A stretch of DNA of 64,000 nt, from contig CAVOUE010000003.1 of NCBI GenBank assembly GCA_963699545.1, positions 480,001 through 544,000 of the forward strand, in the 5' to 3' direction. Source of the DNA: Nitrospirota bacterium. GTDB taxonomy: Bacteria; Nitrospirota; Thermodesulfovibrionia; Thermodesulfovibrionales; UBA9159. Made by a program: the position numbers and the translations under genes. The notes under the pieces were generated by a model, which worked only from the letters and a program-made list of their open reading frames with translations, was not told where the DNA came from and did not search any database. Within the stretch, counting starts at the first letter, position 1. Each line of letters opens with the position of its first letter. Positions 1-9,847 of this stretch are shown piece by piece.

Positions 1-700
1 CGGCCCGTGTTTTGAGGGAAGCGGCATCAGGCACGGGATGCGGGCGACCGAAGGAGCCATCGAGAAGGTGAGGATCGACCCAAGAACATACGAGCCTGAA
101 CTGGGAATCATCGGGGATGCGAAACCCGTGGGGATATGCGGCTCAGGCATGATCGATGCCATATCCGAGATGTTCCTCACAGGGGTCATTGACCAGAAGG
201 GGAGACTCGTCCGAAACAGAAAAACGGACAGGATCCGTGAAGGCGAAGACGGCTTCGAGTTTGTCTTTTCCCGGGAAGGAGGGGATGTGGCGCTCACCGA
301 GGCGGACATCGAAAATATCATCAGGGCAAAGGCGGCAATTTACGCAGGGGTATCCCTTCTCTTGAAGGAGGTGGGATTCGGCCTGGACGCTGTGGAACGG
401 GTCTACATCGCTGGAGGGTTTGGGAATTATCTGAACGTTGAGAGGGCCATTATCCTCGGGATGCTGCCTGACCTGCCCAGGGATAAGTTCACCTTCCTCG
501 GGAATACGTCCATTACGGGTGCATATCTCTGCCTGCTTTCTGAAGACCTCAGGAGAGAGGCAGAGGAGATCGCCTCACGAATGACCTACATGGAGCTTTC
601 GGTCTCCAGGGGATTTATGGATGAGTACCTTTCCGCTCTTTTTCTGCCTCATACCGACATCGGACTTTTCCCTACGGTGGCAAATCTCATGAAGAAGTGA
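1..700 (+). CDS. ASKHA-domain corrinoid reductive activator (RACo/AcsV, DUF4445 type), C-terminal part; starts before the window
   Basis: Open frame from base 2 (GPCFEGSGIRHGMRA); motifs GICGSG, DIENIIRAKAAIYAG, IAGGFGNY, F.DEY..ALFLPHTD. Confidence 0.85.
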   Translation, partial: GPCFEGSGIRHGMRATEGAIEKVRIDPRTYEPELGIIGDAKPVGICGSGMIDAISEMFLTGVIDQKGRLVRNRKTDRIREGEDGFEFVFSREGGDVALTEADIENIIRAKAAIYAGVSLLLKEVGFGLDAVERVYIAGGFGNYLNVERAIILGMLPDLPRDKFTFLGNTSITGAYLCLLSEDLRREAEEIASRMTYMELSVSRGFMDEYLSALFLPHTDIGLFPTVANLMKK

Positions 701-702
701 GA

Positions 703-1317
703 ATGGAATTTAACCCGAACACGCATATATTCAAGTCGCCGAAGGTCCATGCCATAATCAAGGAAGCAATCGCCTTTCTGAACCGCACTTCTGCCTATCA
801 ATTGCCACCGCCGGAACCTTTCATCGGCACGGGGGTTTACTGCCTCTACTACTTTGGCAATTTTGACCTTTACAAGAAGTTCGCTTGCCTTGACATTACC
901 GAATGCACTCAACCGATTTACGTAGGAAAAGCTGTGCCAAAAGGCTGGCGAACGGCGCGTACAGGAAGCGAGGCGGATTCCACTTTATATGGCCGACTGA
1001 GAGAACATGCGAGAAACATTAACCAGGGGGCCGGGTTGGATATCAAAGACTTCAAATGCCGGTTTATGATTTTGAAAGGCAACGAAAGCAGCATGATTAC
1101 CATTGTTGAAGCGGCCTTGATCAGAAAATACAAGCCACTCTGGAACACGGTTGTTGACGGATTCGGCAACCACGACCCAGGCTCAGGTCGGTACGATCAG
1201 GCTAAGTCAGAGTGGGATGTGCTTCATCCCGGCAGAACGTGGGCTGAGAAACTTAGAGGGAAGTCACCAGCTTTGGAAGGGACAAAAGCCAAAATCAAAA
1301 ATACTTTAAAGTCCTGA
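703..1317 (+). CDS. Eco29kI-family GIY-YIG restriction endonuclease
   Basis: GVYCLYY, PIYVGKA, RLREH, E.ALI..YKPLWN, DGFGNHDPG.GR, S.WD.LHPGR.WA. Start is ATG 703 or GTG 697, which overlaps the upstream stop. Confidence 0.9.
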   Translation: MEFNPNTHIFKSPKVHAIIKEAIAFLNRTSAYQLPPPEPFIGTGVYCLYYFGNFDLYKKFACLDITECTQPIYVGKAVPKGWRTARTGSEADSTLYGRLREHARNINQGAGLDIKDFKCRFMILKGNESSMITIVEAALIRKYKPLWNTVVDGFGNHDPGSGRYDQAKSEWDVLHPGRTWAEKLRGKSPALEGTKAKIKNTLKS

Positions 1318-1342
1318 CACGGTCACAAGTAAGCCACCTGTT

Positions 1343-1403
1343 TGTCATTCCCGTTTGTCGGGAATCCTTCTTTAAGAAAGATGCCGGACAAGCCGGCATG
1401 ACA
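1343..1403 (+). repeat. REP-like palindromic element, copy 1
   Basis: TGTCATTCCCG..CGGGAATCC..GATGCCGGACAAGCCGGCATGACA; double hairpin, homologous to 2846-2917 and 27607-27678. Confidence 0.85.
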
Positions 1404-1416
1404 GAGCGAGGGTAAA

Positions 1417-2802
1417 CTACGGCTTTCTTAGAACAACCACAGCCTCGTAAAGCTGGTGGGAGGATGTGGCTTTAGCAACCCTGACATCGGACTGGATTAT
1501 GCTGTTGCCGACTCGTGTTGCCCGGGGAATATCGATCTTCACTAATTCCAGTCCTGCGGATTCCGCGATCTTCGCAAAGTATTCATCTGTCGGAATCATC
1601 ACGCCTTGCAGAATGCTGTTGCCGATGACAACCAGCGCCGTCCCTCGGCGTTTTAATACATAACGAATGCCCTCTGCGAACCTGTGGCAGTCATTGAAAT
1701 ATGCCGCAGCATAATTAGCCCAACCGTTACCTCCATAAGGTCCTTTCTCCCCATTCAGCTTTCTGAGCATTTGTAACCGCTCCCCGATGTCTGTATGAGG
1801 CAAAGCAAAAGACAGGTCCAACCGCTTAAGGTCACGGACAGTCTGCCAGAACTTGCCGAAATTCATGTCCTCAAGTTTTTTCAGATCGTCAGGGGAATGT
1901 GCGTATCCCAGCCAGTAAAGCTGAGGGCGGGTATTCCGATTGTAGTGGTAATTATTCAGATAGGGCGGCGATGTAATGACAAGATCAACAGATGAAGGCG
2001 AAAGATGCTTCCGGCAATGGAAAAAGGAGTCATTGATGATCCGCACATCTAAATTGTTATGCTCCATCTGTTCCTGCATCCATGCGATATCTTCTGCCAT
2101 ATCGGTAAGTTTATCGGTGATCGCTTTTGCCACGGGGAAGTCATGGATTTCTTCCCGGCCTGCGCTGACGCGTCTGCCAAGGCTCGGCTCATAAGAATAG
2201 TTGGAATAGCTGACCATGGTTGAGGCAAAGGCAAGCCGGAAGAGATCGCGGAGATTATCGTCTTCGATAGCAAGAACAAAGTCCTGAACGATCAAGACCT
2301 TGTGAAGCACCTGGGAGCTGTAGAAAGTCGCCCTAGTCTTGAATCCCTTCGGCGGCGTGCTCTGCGGCGTATAATGCGATGAAATTGTTTTCTTATAAAA
2401 GTGCCTGAAGTCATCGATTTTAGAAGTGAATTCATCTAAGTCTATGCGATGGGCATTTGCCTTGGCGCTGCTGGCGAGGACAGCATAAGGATTTATTTCA
2501 AACCCAATGGCATTATGTCCGCCAAGGATAGCCTCAACCAGGGTCGTGCCGACGCCGCAAAAGGGGTCTAAGACCGTGCCTTTCTTCTTGAGATATCCGT
2601 TCAAAGCACTCTTAACAAAATCACTCGAAAATCCCGCGATCCACGGAACCCACCTGTGGATCGGCAGCGTCTTGTTGCCGGCAAAGTTGGGATCGCTGAA
2701 ACCGGCCTCTTTCGTGCTTGCCGGAGTTTCCCGATTTTCCGGTATTACAGGAAGTCGCAATTGTGCGGCTGGCCTTCTGTTTGTCTTTATCACTGTTGCC
2801 AT
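1417..2802 (-). CDS. Amino-type DNA methyltransferase, probably N4-cytosine, alpha motif order
   Basis: IHRW..W.AGFS, motif I LDPFCGVGTT, later motif IV VITSPPY, C-terminal VIGNS. Confidence 0.88.
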   Translation of the reverse strand: MATVIKTNRRPAAQLRLPVIPENRETPASTKEAGFSDPNFAGNKTLPIHRWVPWIAGFSSDFVKSALNGYLKKKGTVLDPFCGVGTTLVEAILGGHNAIGFEINPYAVLASSAKANAHRIDLDEFTSKIDDFRHFYKKTISSHYTPQSTPPKGFKTRATFYSSQVLHKVLIVQDFVLAIEDDNLRDLFRLAFASTMVSYSNYSYEPSLGRRVSAGREEIHDFPVAKAITDKLTDMAEDIAWMQEQMEHNNLDVRIINDSFFHCRKHLSPSSVDLVITSPPYLNNYHYNRNTRPQLYWLGYAHSPDDLKKLEDMNFGKFWQTVRDLKRLDLSFALPHTDIGERLQMLRKLNGEKGPYGGNGWANYAAAYFNDCHRFAEGIRYVLKRRGTALVVIGNSILQGVMIPTDEYFAKIAESAGLELVKIDIPRATRVGNSIIQSDVRVAKATSSHQLYEAVVVLRKP

Positions 2803-2845
2803 CGTGTTAAAAGGCCAACTTGTGCATATCCATTAACTAGGTTCG

Positions 2846-2917
2846 TTGTCATTCCCGCAAGCGAAGCGCGTCGGGAATCCTTCTTAGGGAAAGATTCCGG
2901 ACAAGCCGGAATGACAA
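2846..2917 (+). repeat. REP-like palindromic element, copy 2
   Basis: TTGTCATTCCCGCAAGCGAAGCGCGTCGGGAATCC...GATTCCGGACAAGCCGGAATGACAA. Confidence 0.88.
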
Positions 2918-2950
2918 GAAAAACTAAGAGGTCGGTTTCGTAGTAACCAA

Positions 2951-3205
2951 TCATTTAACCCTTGTTTTCAGGGTCACAAGCTGCCCCACGCCGTACTCCG
3001 GCTGAAGCTCTTTGATAATCGACCCCATCTCCTGCCGTTCCTTCACATCGTTTAAGACCTTTGCAAAGTCGTCAAAGCTGAGAATAACGGCTTTAGGATT
3101 CCCGCGCCGCTCAACGATATAGCGGGTGTGGTTTTGGGTCACATCGTCAAGAACCTGTCCGAAATTATTCTGGGCCTGAGTGGAGCTAACGCTTTTTATC
3201 GACAA
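2951..3205 (-). CDS. Phd/YefM-family antitoxin-like DNA-binding protein, no adjacent toxin
   Basis: VSSTQAQNNFGQVLDDV..YIVERRGNPKAVILSFDDF matches the Phd N-terminal fold; TTG start with GGAGGT Shine-Dalgarno. Confidence 0.85.
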   Translation of the reverse strand: MSIKSVSSTQAQNNFGQVLDDVTQNHTRYIVERRGNPKAVILSFDDFAKVLNDVKERQEMGSIIKELQPEYGVGQLVTLKTRVK

Positions 3206-3222
3206 TACAACCTCCGTACTTG

Positions 3223-3278
3223 TTAGCCAAATTAGCTATATTAGCTATAATTATAGGAAGGGCATGCTCGTTTGTCAA
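3223..3278 (-). promoter_or_regulatory. Consensus sigma70 promoter of the phd gene with a 3x9-bp direct-repeat operator
   Basis: Minus strand TTGACA (3278-3273), 17 bp, TATAAT (3255-3250); tandem TTAGCCAAA/TTAGCTATA/TTAGCTATA at 3223-3249 over the expected +1. Confidence 0.85.
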
Positions 3279-3423
3279 GGGGAAAGTGTGGCCGGTAACA
3301 AATTATGAAATCCGCCGTTGAGGCTTTCATAAAAGCCCGCTCATACGACGATTTTGCCGCTTTCAAATAACCCCTCCATCGCATTATAATAGTGCATCCC
3401 ATGAGAAAGGGCTGTTAGAGACA

Positions 3424-4611
3424 TTGGCTGGATTTGCTGATGATGATTGGATAAGGAAACTTCAGGAATCAATGACCCCGAAGAATTATGGCGTCTTCGA
3501 CGAAATTGAGCGTTTAAAGAAAATGTCTGACCACAGCGGACTCTCCAAACATATGGAAGAACTGTTAAGGACTTCTAAGGAGCATGATGAGTTGATAAGA
3601 AATCTAGCTCAGCCGTTATCGGAAAGGATGCATGAGTTGACACGCTCATTGAGAACGCCTTTTCATGAATTATGCCCAGTGGAAGACCTTCGTGATTCTT
3701 ATGAATCGATTGTGTCGGCAAATTCGGCGATAGCCGACATGCTGGAACAAAAGCAGTTCATTTATGACATAGCCACCCGCCATCGGCAAGAGCTTGCGGC
3801 GATTGAATCGCCAGCTTTTTCCGAATTGACCAGAATGTCTCAATATTCTGCCATAGGTGAAATTACCCTTGCCGCAGAGAAAGCTATATGTGGCATCAAC
3901 TGGAAAGATATGAGTAGCATTCTTTCCATGACATCCGATCGTATAATGATGGTTGAGGATTCCTTTCGGACGTTTCTGGACAGTTATTCTGAACTGTATC
4001 AGTCTATCAATGAGTCCAACGTCGACATTTCATCACTCGCATGGTTCGTAACTGAGTTGCCACCGGTTCAAGTATATACGGAAGCGGACCTTGCTCGGGC
4101 TTTATCGAGAACCTCTCCCGTCGACTCAGAAATAGTAATCCCGTTGGAGGAAGACTTTTCAGATGAAACTGAAGAATCCCTTGAGGCCGAGCTGGCAAAG
4201 ATTGACCCTGGCCTTCTGGATGCTTTACGCGGGGCAAAACTGGCCCTGAAATCAAATAATCCCGACCGGTCCCGTCACGTTACTGTTTCTTTAAGAGAAC
4301 TTATTACGTATACTCTTCATCGAATTGCTCCGGATGAAAAAGTTCTACAGTGGTCACCTGAACCGACACATGTTCACAACGGGAAACCTACCCGCGCGGC
4401 ACGTCTTCATTATGTCTGTCGTAGTGTCAACAATGGACCCTTTACCAAGTTTATGGAGCAGGATGTGAAATCCCACCTCTCATTCATAGACGTTTTTCAT
4501 CAGGGGACACACGGACTGAATACTGCCTTTACGGACAAGCAAATGGAATTGCTAATAGTCCGCACCGAAGCATTGTTGAGGTTTATGTTAACTGTTGAAA
4601 AGGACAATTGA
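3424..4611 (+). CDS. Hypothetical protein with C-terminal putative nuclease domain (resembles pPIWI-associating nuclease pP_pnuc_1, HEPN-like)
   Basis: C-terminal NPDRSRHVTVSLREL..LH.IAPD..V..W..GKPTRAARL..QGTH; long helical N-terminus; family recalled from memory. Confidence 0.55.
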   Translation: MAGFADDDWIRKLQESMTPKNYGVFDEIERLKKMSDHSGLSKHMEELLRTSKEHDELIRNLAQPLSERMHELTRSLRTPFHELCPVEDLRDSYESIVSANSAIADMLEQKQFIYDIATRHRQELAAIESPAFSELTRMSQYSAIGEITLAAEKAICGINWKDMSSILSMTSDRIMMVEDSFRTFLDSYSELYQSINESNVDISSLAWFVTELPPVQVYTEADLARALSRTSPVDSEIVIPLEEDFSDETEESLEAELAKIDPGLLDALRGAKLALKSNNPDRSRHVTVSLRELITYTLHRIAPDEKVLQWSPEPTHVHNGKPTRAARLHYVCRSVNNGPFTKFMEQDVKSHLSFIDVFHQGTHGLNTAFTDKQMELLIVRTEALLRFMLTVEKDN

Positions 4612-4894
4612 CACTACCCGAATGGAAGCAAATGAGGTTGGGGACTTTTTCGGGGACACCATACTTAACTCCTGAGTTTTGAATCTTTTTCGCCGTTCCC
4701 GTATGAGCATCTCTGTCAAGGCTATGGTTTCATCAAATCTTTTTTCAAGTCTTTTGAACATTGTTTCTATTTCTTTCATTGCCGGTTACCTCGATTTTTA
4801 TATGATCGTCACGGTATAAAGACTCGGTAAGAGTTTGGCTTGGTGATGCCTTGATGGTTGACAATTATTTCACAACAAATTACCATAAGTTTCG

Positions 4895-5407
4895 ATGGAC
4901 ATCCCGAAGCTTCCAACAGATAACCTTTATAAATTTATCGCTATGAGTGGGTTAATCACACTTATAATTAGTTTTCTATATCCTTTGTATTTTGAACATG
5001 AATTTGTTTTGAAGGTGCTTCAAAACACAACTGAAGCTACTAAAGCAAGAGTTGAATTAGATCATTTGACCGAAGACTTAAATAGTCTTATAAGGGAACT
5101 GGCTTCTCTTGATAAAGACTTCAAGCGTGGCAAACTGAAAGAATATGTAATAAGGGTTGAGCAAATGGCTATTACAGAAAAAGAAGTGAAAGAGAAGGGT
5201 AGACAGATTGCAATAAAGAATGCAGAAATTCAAGGGAAAGCAGAAGCGATTGATTACTTGAAAGCAAGTACGGAGATGATCAAAAATTATTCAATAGGGT
5301 TCAAAATCATAGGGCTTTCCTTAGCAGTATTTGGGTTCTATCTTTGGTATGTGAAATTACAAAGGTATCAAGATAAGCAAGTAAAAAAGGATGCGACAGG
5401 GACATAG
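4895..5407 (+). CDS. Hypothetical 2-TM protein with a coiled-coil loop, AT-rich
   Basis: MDIPKLPTDNLYKF, TM, coiled coil, TM (GFYLWYVKLQ); TTGACA-17-TACCAT promoter at 4858-4886. Confidence 0.7.
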   Translation: MDIPKLPTDNLYKFIAMSGLITLIISFLYPLYFEHEFVLKVLQNTTEATKARVELDHLTEDLNSLIRELASLDKDFKRGKLKEYVIRVEQMAITEKEVKEKGRQIAIKNAEIQGKAEAIDYLKASTEMIKNYSIGFKIIGLSLAVFGFYLWYVKLQRYQDKQVKKDATGT

Positions 5408-5564
5408 GCATTATTATTTTTAGCATCGAGGGGTTCCTTGCACAATTCCCACTCATCGTATCAAATCTCAAGGAGGACAGGTAACTTGCTAAGATTGCCT
5501 CTGTCAAGAGAGACAAAGAGGACCGGCTGTTTTTTCGTCCGGTGACAATTCCCGGAAGTCTCTC

Positions 5565-5912
5565 TTAATGCACCGGCCCGTCGGAAAGGAGCTTGTCCAC
5601 TTCCTCCCGTATCACCGTTCTTGGTATGCCGCCGTGCAGTTTGGGGATGCCGTTTATGAGGACAACGGGGGCATTGATCGCACCCTGGCTGAGCAGTTCC
5701 CGGATTTCCAGGAAAGCAACTTCATCGTTCATAAAAAGGTCTATATATTCCACGGAAACCACAGTGGGATAATTGTAGTTCATCTCCTTGCGCAGCTCAT
5801 CGGCAATGATTTTATTGCGAACGGGCTCATCAAATTCCTCTGCGTCGAGCATGACCCCTTCCATGGGATTGTCCAGTATCTGTATATGCACCCGGTGTAG
5901 CATTCTCTTCAT
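5565..5912 (-). CDS. Small thioredoxin-fold protein (YuzD/DUF1462-like, no CxxC)
   Basis: VEYIDLF..APVVLING; ATG overlaps the panC stop (ATGA); GGAGG SD. Confidence 0.6.
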   Translation of the reverse strand: MKRMLHRVHIQILDNPMEGVMLDAEEFDEPVRNKIIADELRKEMNYNYPTVVSVEYIDLFMNDEVAFLEIRELLSQGAINAPVVLINGIPKLHGGIPRTVIREEVDKLLSDGPVH

Positions 5913-6796
5913 GTACCTCCGCACCGTGCAGGGTTCTCAGACTCACTGACACGGTTTACCAGCATATTGTCGATTAACCTCGTAGCGCCGATCTTAAGGG
6001 CAATGGCAAGCAGCGCTTCAGTGCTTATCTGCTCCACCTCATCCAGAGATTCCGGATCATAGGCCGAACAGTATTGTATCTCAGAGACGAGGGGTTCAGT
6101 CCTGAGCGCATCCCGCATGACTTTCTTTAGTACGCTTCCTTCTATTATACCAGATTTCACCCCTTCGGCCCCTTCCGAGAGAGCCCGGTAGATGACAGCG
6201 GCGGCCTTTCTCTCTTCCGCGCCGAGGTAGGCATTCCTCGAACTCATGGCGAGGCCGTCAGGTTCACGGATCGTAGGACAGGTCACTACGTCTACTGCAC
6301 TATTGAGATCCCTGACCATTTTTTTGATTACCAGGGTCTGCTGAAAATCCTTCTGCCCGAAATAGGCCCGGACTGGGCTGACAATGTGAAAGAGCTTTGC
6401 CACCACCGTGGCCACGCCCCTGAAATGTCCCGGCCGGTATGCTCCGCAGAGCCGTTCGGACAGACCACCCACCTCCACAAAGGCAGAAAACCCTTTGGGA
6501 TACATCAGAGAGTCATCGGGAAGAAAGAGGATATCCACGTTCTCTTTTTTCAGCTTGTCCCTGTCACCGTCAAAGTCCCGGGGGTATTTTGAAAGATCCT
6601 CTGCAGGGCCGAACTGTGTTGGATTTACATAGATACTCACCACGACGACATCGTTTTCCTCCCTGCACATCCTCACGAGGCTGAGATGGCCTTCGTGGAG
6701 GGCTCCCATGGTGGGAACGAACCCAACGGTCCTCCCGTGCATACGATGGGTTCCTGCCACATCCTGCATTATTCTTGGTGTCCGGATGATCTCCAT
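5909..6796 (-). CDS. panC: Pantoate--beta-alanine ligase
   Basis: GFVPTMGALHEGH, VNPTQF, RPGHFRGV, FGQKD, GLAMSSRN, RLIDN. Confidence 0.97.
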   Translation of the reverse strand: MEIIRTPRIMQDVAGTHRMHGRTVGFVPTMGALHEGHLSLVRMCREENDVVVVSIYVNPTQFGPAEDLSKYPRDFDGDRDKLKKENVDILFLPDDSLMYPKGFSAFVEVGGLSERLCGAYRPGHFRGVATVVAKLFHIVSPVRAYFGQKDFQQTLVIKKMVRDLNSAVDVVTCPTIREPDGLAMSSRNAYLGAEERKAAAVIYRALSEGAEGVKSGIIEGSVLKKVMRDALRTEPLVSEIQYCSAYDPESLDEVEQISTEALLAIALKIGATRLIDNMLVNRVSESENPARCGGT

Positions 6797-7011
6797 TTTT
6801 TCTCACGTGCTCTTCAAAAAACGAATAGCGATTTTACAACTTCTCAGGGATAAACGAAATCGTTAGCGAACGTCAGGATACGCCTTTTGCTATAAGCTAC
6901 TAAAAGCCGGCTATTTTGTCAAACGCCGGTCTATCATGAGCACACTTCAAGACGGTTGTGGTTTTTGATAGAATGAGGGTAAGCTGTGAGTGTTAGAGGG
7001 AGGTGTCGTTT

Positions 7012-8505
7012 ATGGTCGGAATTACAAAGAATTTTATCCATGGGGGATGGGAAGATGCCTTAACAGGAGAGACCTTTGAAAATAGAAACCCTGCTGACAC
7101 CGATGAGCTGGTGGGAATAGTGGTGAAGTCGGGAAAACCGGATGTGGACAGAGCTGTGGATGCTGCGCGTGAAGCGTACCGCACATGGAGGCTCTTCCCT
7201 GCCCCCAAAAGGGGCGAAATACTCTTCAGGGCCGCTGAGGCGCTGGTGAAAAGGAAAAAAGAACTTGGAGAGCTGGAGAACCCGCGAGATGGGGAAGATC
7301 CTTTCAGAAACCCTTGGTGACGTCCAGGAGGCCATTGATATGGCGTACTATATGGCGGGAGAAGGGAGAAGGCTTTCCGGAGAGACGATCCCCTCGGAGC
7401 TGCCGGACAAGGACTGTAAATCCGTCCGTGTCCCGGTGGGGGTCTGCGCCCTCATCACGCCATGGAATTTTCCCCTGGCCATACCTGCATGGAAGATAAT
7501 GCCTGCCCTGGTTTCCGGAAACACCGTGGTCTTCAAGCCGAGCAGTTTCACTTCCATCGCAGCTTCAAAGCTCGTGGAGATCCTTGATGAAGCAGGTCTG
7601 CCGAAGGGTGTCCTGAACCTCGTTCACGGGAGAGGAGAGGATATAGGGGAATACCTTGCCACACATCCCGGCATAGACGGCGTTTCCTTTACCGGCTCCA
7701 CGGCAGTGGGTGAAAAGCTTGCTGCGAAGTGCATCGAACTTGGGAAGAAGGTCTCCTGCGAGATGGGTGGCAAGAACGCTATTATTGTGATGGATGACGC
7801 AAACCTCGATCTGGCGGTAGAAGGGGCTGTCTGGGGCGGGTTCGGCACAACCCGGGCAGAGGTGCACGGCTGCAAGCCGCCTGGTTGTCCATGAGAATGT
7901 TTATGAGCGATTTCTCGATATGTTCACGAAAGCGGCATCGAAGCTGAGGCTGGGGAACGGTCTTCATAAAGAGACCGATGTGGGTCCTGTGGTCAACCTG
8001 TCCCAGATGGAGAAGGTGCTTAACTACATAGACATCGGCAAAAAGGAAGGCGCCAGGCTCCTTGTCGGGGGAAGGGCTTACCGGGAGGGTACATGCGGCA
8101 GGGGCCACTTCATCGAGCCGACCATTTTTTCCCGTGTGGAACCCGGGATGCGGATAGCCAGGGAAGGAGATCTTCGGGCCTGTAGTAGCCGTCCTGAAGG
8201 CAAAGGATCTGCAAGACGCCATAACCATCGCGAACGATACAAAGTACGGACTCGTCTCTGCCGTCTACACCCAGGATGTGAACAATTCGGCCGTGGCGGA
8301 ACGGGAACTGGACGCAGGCATTGTGTATATAAACGCTTCTACCATTGGTGCCGAGATCCAGCTGCCCTTTGGCGGGACAAAGAGGAGCGGCATCGGCCAC
8401 AGGGAGGCCGGCGGGAGAGGGGGCGCCCTGGACATGTTCACCAGGTGGAAGGTCATTTACCGTGACTACAGCGGAAAGCTCCAGAAGGCTCAGATAGACC
8501 GATAG
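7012..8505 (+). CDS. NAD(P)-dependent aldehyde dehydrogenase (frameshifts near 7280, 7851, 8163)
   Basis: ITPWNFP, FTGST, EMGGKN, GQRCTA, EIFGP and PFGG.K.SG are recovered across successive frames; GGAGGT SD. Confidence 0.9.
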
Positions 8506-8516
8506 AAGAAGAATGT

Positions 8517-9801
8517 ATGGCAGATGATCTGATAAAGAGAGCGAAAGAAGTCCTCACCCCGGCCCTTCGTATCCATAGCGATATCGTGGTGAGAAAGGCC
8601 CGGGGTATTTACGTGGAGGACAGGAGTGGCAGGCGGTATATGGACTTCACCTCAGGCCTTGCGACGACCAACACAGGCCACAACCATCCCCGGGTGATCG
8701 AGGCGATAAAGGGCCAGGCCGAATCCCTTATCCACTCCGGCTGCATCTTCTACTACGAACCACTGACCGTGCTTGCGGAAACGCTTGCGAGAGTGACGCC
8801 GCCGGGGATCGACATGTTCTTCTTCAGCAACTCAGGAGCCGAGGCAGTGGAAGGGGCCCTCAAGCTCGCCCGTTTCTCCTCGGGCAGAGAGGGCATTATC
8901 GCTTTCACCAGCGGTTTCCACGGAAGGACCTTCGGCGCCATGAGTCTGACCACGTCGAGCATACGCTACCGGAGGAACTACCAGCCCTTTGTTCCCTCCG
9001 TCTACCATTCGCCCTACCCGTACTGCTACCGGTGTTTCTTCGGCCAGAGACCCGGATCGTGCAGCATGGACTGCTTCCAGTATCTCGAAAGGCTTTTTAA
9101 GCACCTGATCCATCCTGAGGAAATCGCCTGCATGATCATGGAGCCTGTTCTTGGAGAGGGGGGATATGTGGTCCCCCCTCCGGAATTTCTGAGAAACCTG
9201 AGGGCACTCTGCGACACGTGGGGCATCCTTCTCATCCTTGATGAAGTGCAGTCCGGTGTGGGGAGGACAGGGAGATGGTTTGCCTCTGAACATTTTGGTG
9301 TTATCCCTGATATCATGACCATTGCAAAGGGGATCGCTTCCGGGATGCCTCTGAGCGCTGTGGCAGCCAGAAGGGAGATCATGGCAAAGTGGCCGCCCGG
9401 CGCCCACGGAACCACCTTTGGCGGTAACCCTGTTGCGTGTGCCGCTGCCATCGCTACTATCAGTGTTATTGAAGAGGAGAAGCTTTTGGAGAACGCCGCT
9501 TCGGTGGGGGGGTATGCCATGGAGAGGCTGAAGGACATGAAGGAAAGGCATCCCTCCATGGGAGATGTGAGGGGTCTGGGGCTCATGGTAGGGATAGAAT
9601 TTGTGAAGGGAGAACAAGGAGCCTTTTACGGGGGAACTGAAAAAGATCATGGATTACGCCCTTGAGAAGGGATTGATACTGGCAGAATGCGGCGTGGACA
9701 AGAATGTTATACGCCTTGCGCCGCCTTTGATCATAACCAGGGAAGAGATGGAGAAGGGGCTGGATATATTAGAAGAGGCGATTAAGAGAGTTGGAGGATA
9801 G
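8517..9801 (+). CDS. Class III PLP aminotransferase (4-aminobutyrate/ornithine type; frameshift near 9612)
   Basis: NSGAEAVE, FHGRT, EPVLGEGG, DEVQSG.GRTG, AKG, HGTTFGGNP; C-terminus NVIRLAPPL in the next frame. Confidence 0.9.
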
Positions 9802-9847
9802 GGTCCTGTCCGTAGTTTAATCTTTAATAAGGACAGCGTATGAATTC

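Noticed and set aside
4588-4779. 63-aa minus-strand ORF with a GAGGT SD
   Set aside because: Possibly a real gene remnant, but it runs through a GGGGACAC repeat arm into the convergent gene and has no motif support.
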